DNA of 64,000 nucleotides, taken from Gnetum montanum (Eukaryota > Plantae > Gnetophyta). The translations under genes and the position numbers were made by a program. A model generated the notes under the pieces. It was not told the DNA's origin, searched no databases, and was given only the letters and a program-made list of their open reading frames with translations. Shown here in pieces: positions 62,411 through 64,000 of the stretch (the first letter of the stretch is position 1; the number at the start of each line of letters is the position of its first letter). The DNA lies in NCBI GenBank assembly GCA_015680685.1, contig MNCI01002706.1, forward strand, positions 613,415 through 677,414, given 5' to 3'.

Positions 62411-62429
62411 TAACAAGTCGTAATGAGAT

Positions 62430-64000
62430 AGGAAATTGACATCATGGGTGGAGGAAGTAGTCGAGGTAGCGAGGAGTGGGAAGCAAATGGGTGAGCACAA
62501 AATCATGGAATAAGAAGACACAATAGGATATTGACTCAAGAACTCAAGTGGCAACTCAAGTATGGAGCTTCTTAACCATGAAGTCTCTGTTATTGGCTAT
62601 GGGAGGCGGGCTTTTGACCATCATGCTCTTGTTCGTATGGTTTGCAAACTAGATAGGGTGGGGCTTGCCCCGTTTAGATTTGAACAATTGTGGTTGATGA
62701 AACACTGGCTATGAAAGTTGATGATAGACATCTAGGGATATTACCCCTCACAAGTTGACCCTTGGGATTTCCTAAAGCATGGTCTAACTTAGCTAAAAAA
62801 TGAGATAAGGAGCATGTAGATGTCAAAAAAAAAAATTCCTTAAGGGCCTCTCTTGTTGTGCTGTAGCAAAGACTATTGGATATCCAAGCCTAACATGAAA
62901 AAGGTGAATCGTTGGAGGAGGAGGAGCATGAGCTCTTGGTTGCTTTGAAAAATTATCAGGGAAAAGTAGTACTGGAAAGAGAGATCCTGGGTCAAATGGC
63001 TCGTGGAGGGTGATAGGAACATCTGAATCCTTTTTTCCACCACAAAGGCTAATAATGAAGCCAAAAAGATCTGCAACATCTTATAGGGGAGAAAAATCTT
63101 GCATGACACCCACAACATCACTCAAGCCATGTAGAAGTATTGGTTCGATGTCTGGAGACAGGGAGAACCCTCTCCTATCTCTGTCCGAATTCAAAGGGTT
63201 GTTGGGGAGGATGATAATCATAGACTCATTGCCCCTATAACCAAAAATGAGTTATTTGATGCAATGGCTTCCCTCAAGTGTGCCAAGGCTCTGGGGTTAG
63301 ATGGCTGGCCTATTGAATTCTTCCATGAATTCTCTAACATATTAGGGAGTAATATTTTGGACACTTTCAACCACATGTTGAAGTGGAGGCAAGTCAGGCA
63401 TGAGATCCCCCATGTGTGCCCATCATCCCCCATGCTAAAACTGGATATTTGTGTAGTGGGAAGGTGCCAAAGACGGTTAGTAGGCAGATGCCAAAGTCAG
63501 CGCTCCTACAGCTCTAACAAGATGCGGCAGAGTTGGTTGAAAGGTATTTTGTTCATTTTGGCAATTTTTGGAAGTTGCAGGGGCCTTACTTCGCCTTTCT
63601 ACTTTGCATATGGCTGGGGTGCTAGGTCAACATCCCCAATTTTTTCTTGGCTTCTCTTCAGTGGGAGTGTAGGGGGAGACACTCTGGCTTGATCTTGGCT
63701 TTTTGGAGGGTTGTGCAGCAGTTGGTGCTGCCCACAACTAGGCCTTCCTCCTTCATAGTTGTTTATGAGCGTTGTTGGCTCATCCTTGACGGGGCTTCTT
63801 CCTCTTATGTCCTTGTGATGCAGGATGTTGTGGTGGGGGCAAGTGATGGGTCTAACTGGCAAGGGTCTACCATAGACTAGTTGTTGAGCTTTCAAGAGTA
63901 GCTCTTGTAGGCTCAAGAAATGATTCGTAGGGAGTTGCAAGCGAAGTATGAGGCAAACCTTTGAAGGGTGATCATCGAGGTGGAAAGTAGGGTGCACGTG
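62430..64000 (+). mobile_element. LINE copy G (fragment, internally deleted, runs off the window end)
   Basis: End of APE (FDHHALV, PFRFEQLWL); RT start KALGLDGWPIEFF...RQVRHEI jumping at ~63410 to the extension domain LVERYFVHFGNFWKLQGPYFAFL...RHSGLILAFWR and the start of the coiled coil. Confidence 0.85.

Overview
Land-plant genomic DNA; the species cannot be determined from the sequence. The window holds the last seven coding exons of SMG1, the PIKK-family NMD kinase, on the + strand (4699-35608, ending in the FATC motif NLCNMYEGWTPWI*). One SMG1 intron is about 26.7 kb and packed with transposons. The rest is nested, decayed retroelements: an Athila-type Ty3/gypsy, a full-length chromovirus (Galadriel-like) with CCAAG target-site duplications (TSDs), Ty1/copia remnants, two solo LTRs, a probable Au-type SINE, and seven diverged copies (A-G) of one L1-clade LINE family. 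The main observation concerns that LINE family. Its ORF2 (APE-RT-zf-RVT) does not stop after the zinc-binding region but continues in frame into roughly 450 more residues: a helical domain resembling Athila accessory proteins, a long E/Q/R-rich coiled coil, and a C-terminal DnaJ/J-domain (PY-ILG...HPD...helix III). The J-domain is seen in four copies, with HPD intact in two, and its start in a fifth. I know of no described LINE encoding its own Hsp70 co-chaperone domain, but I could not run searches, so novelty and domain calls need HMM or structure confirmation.
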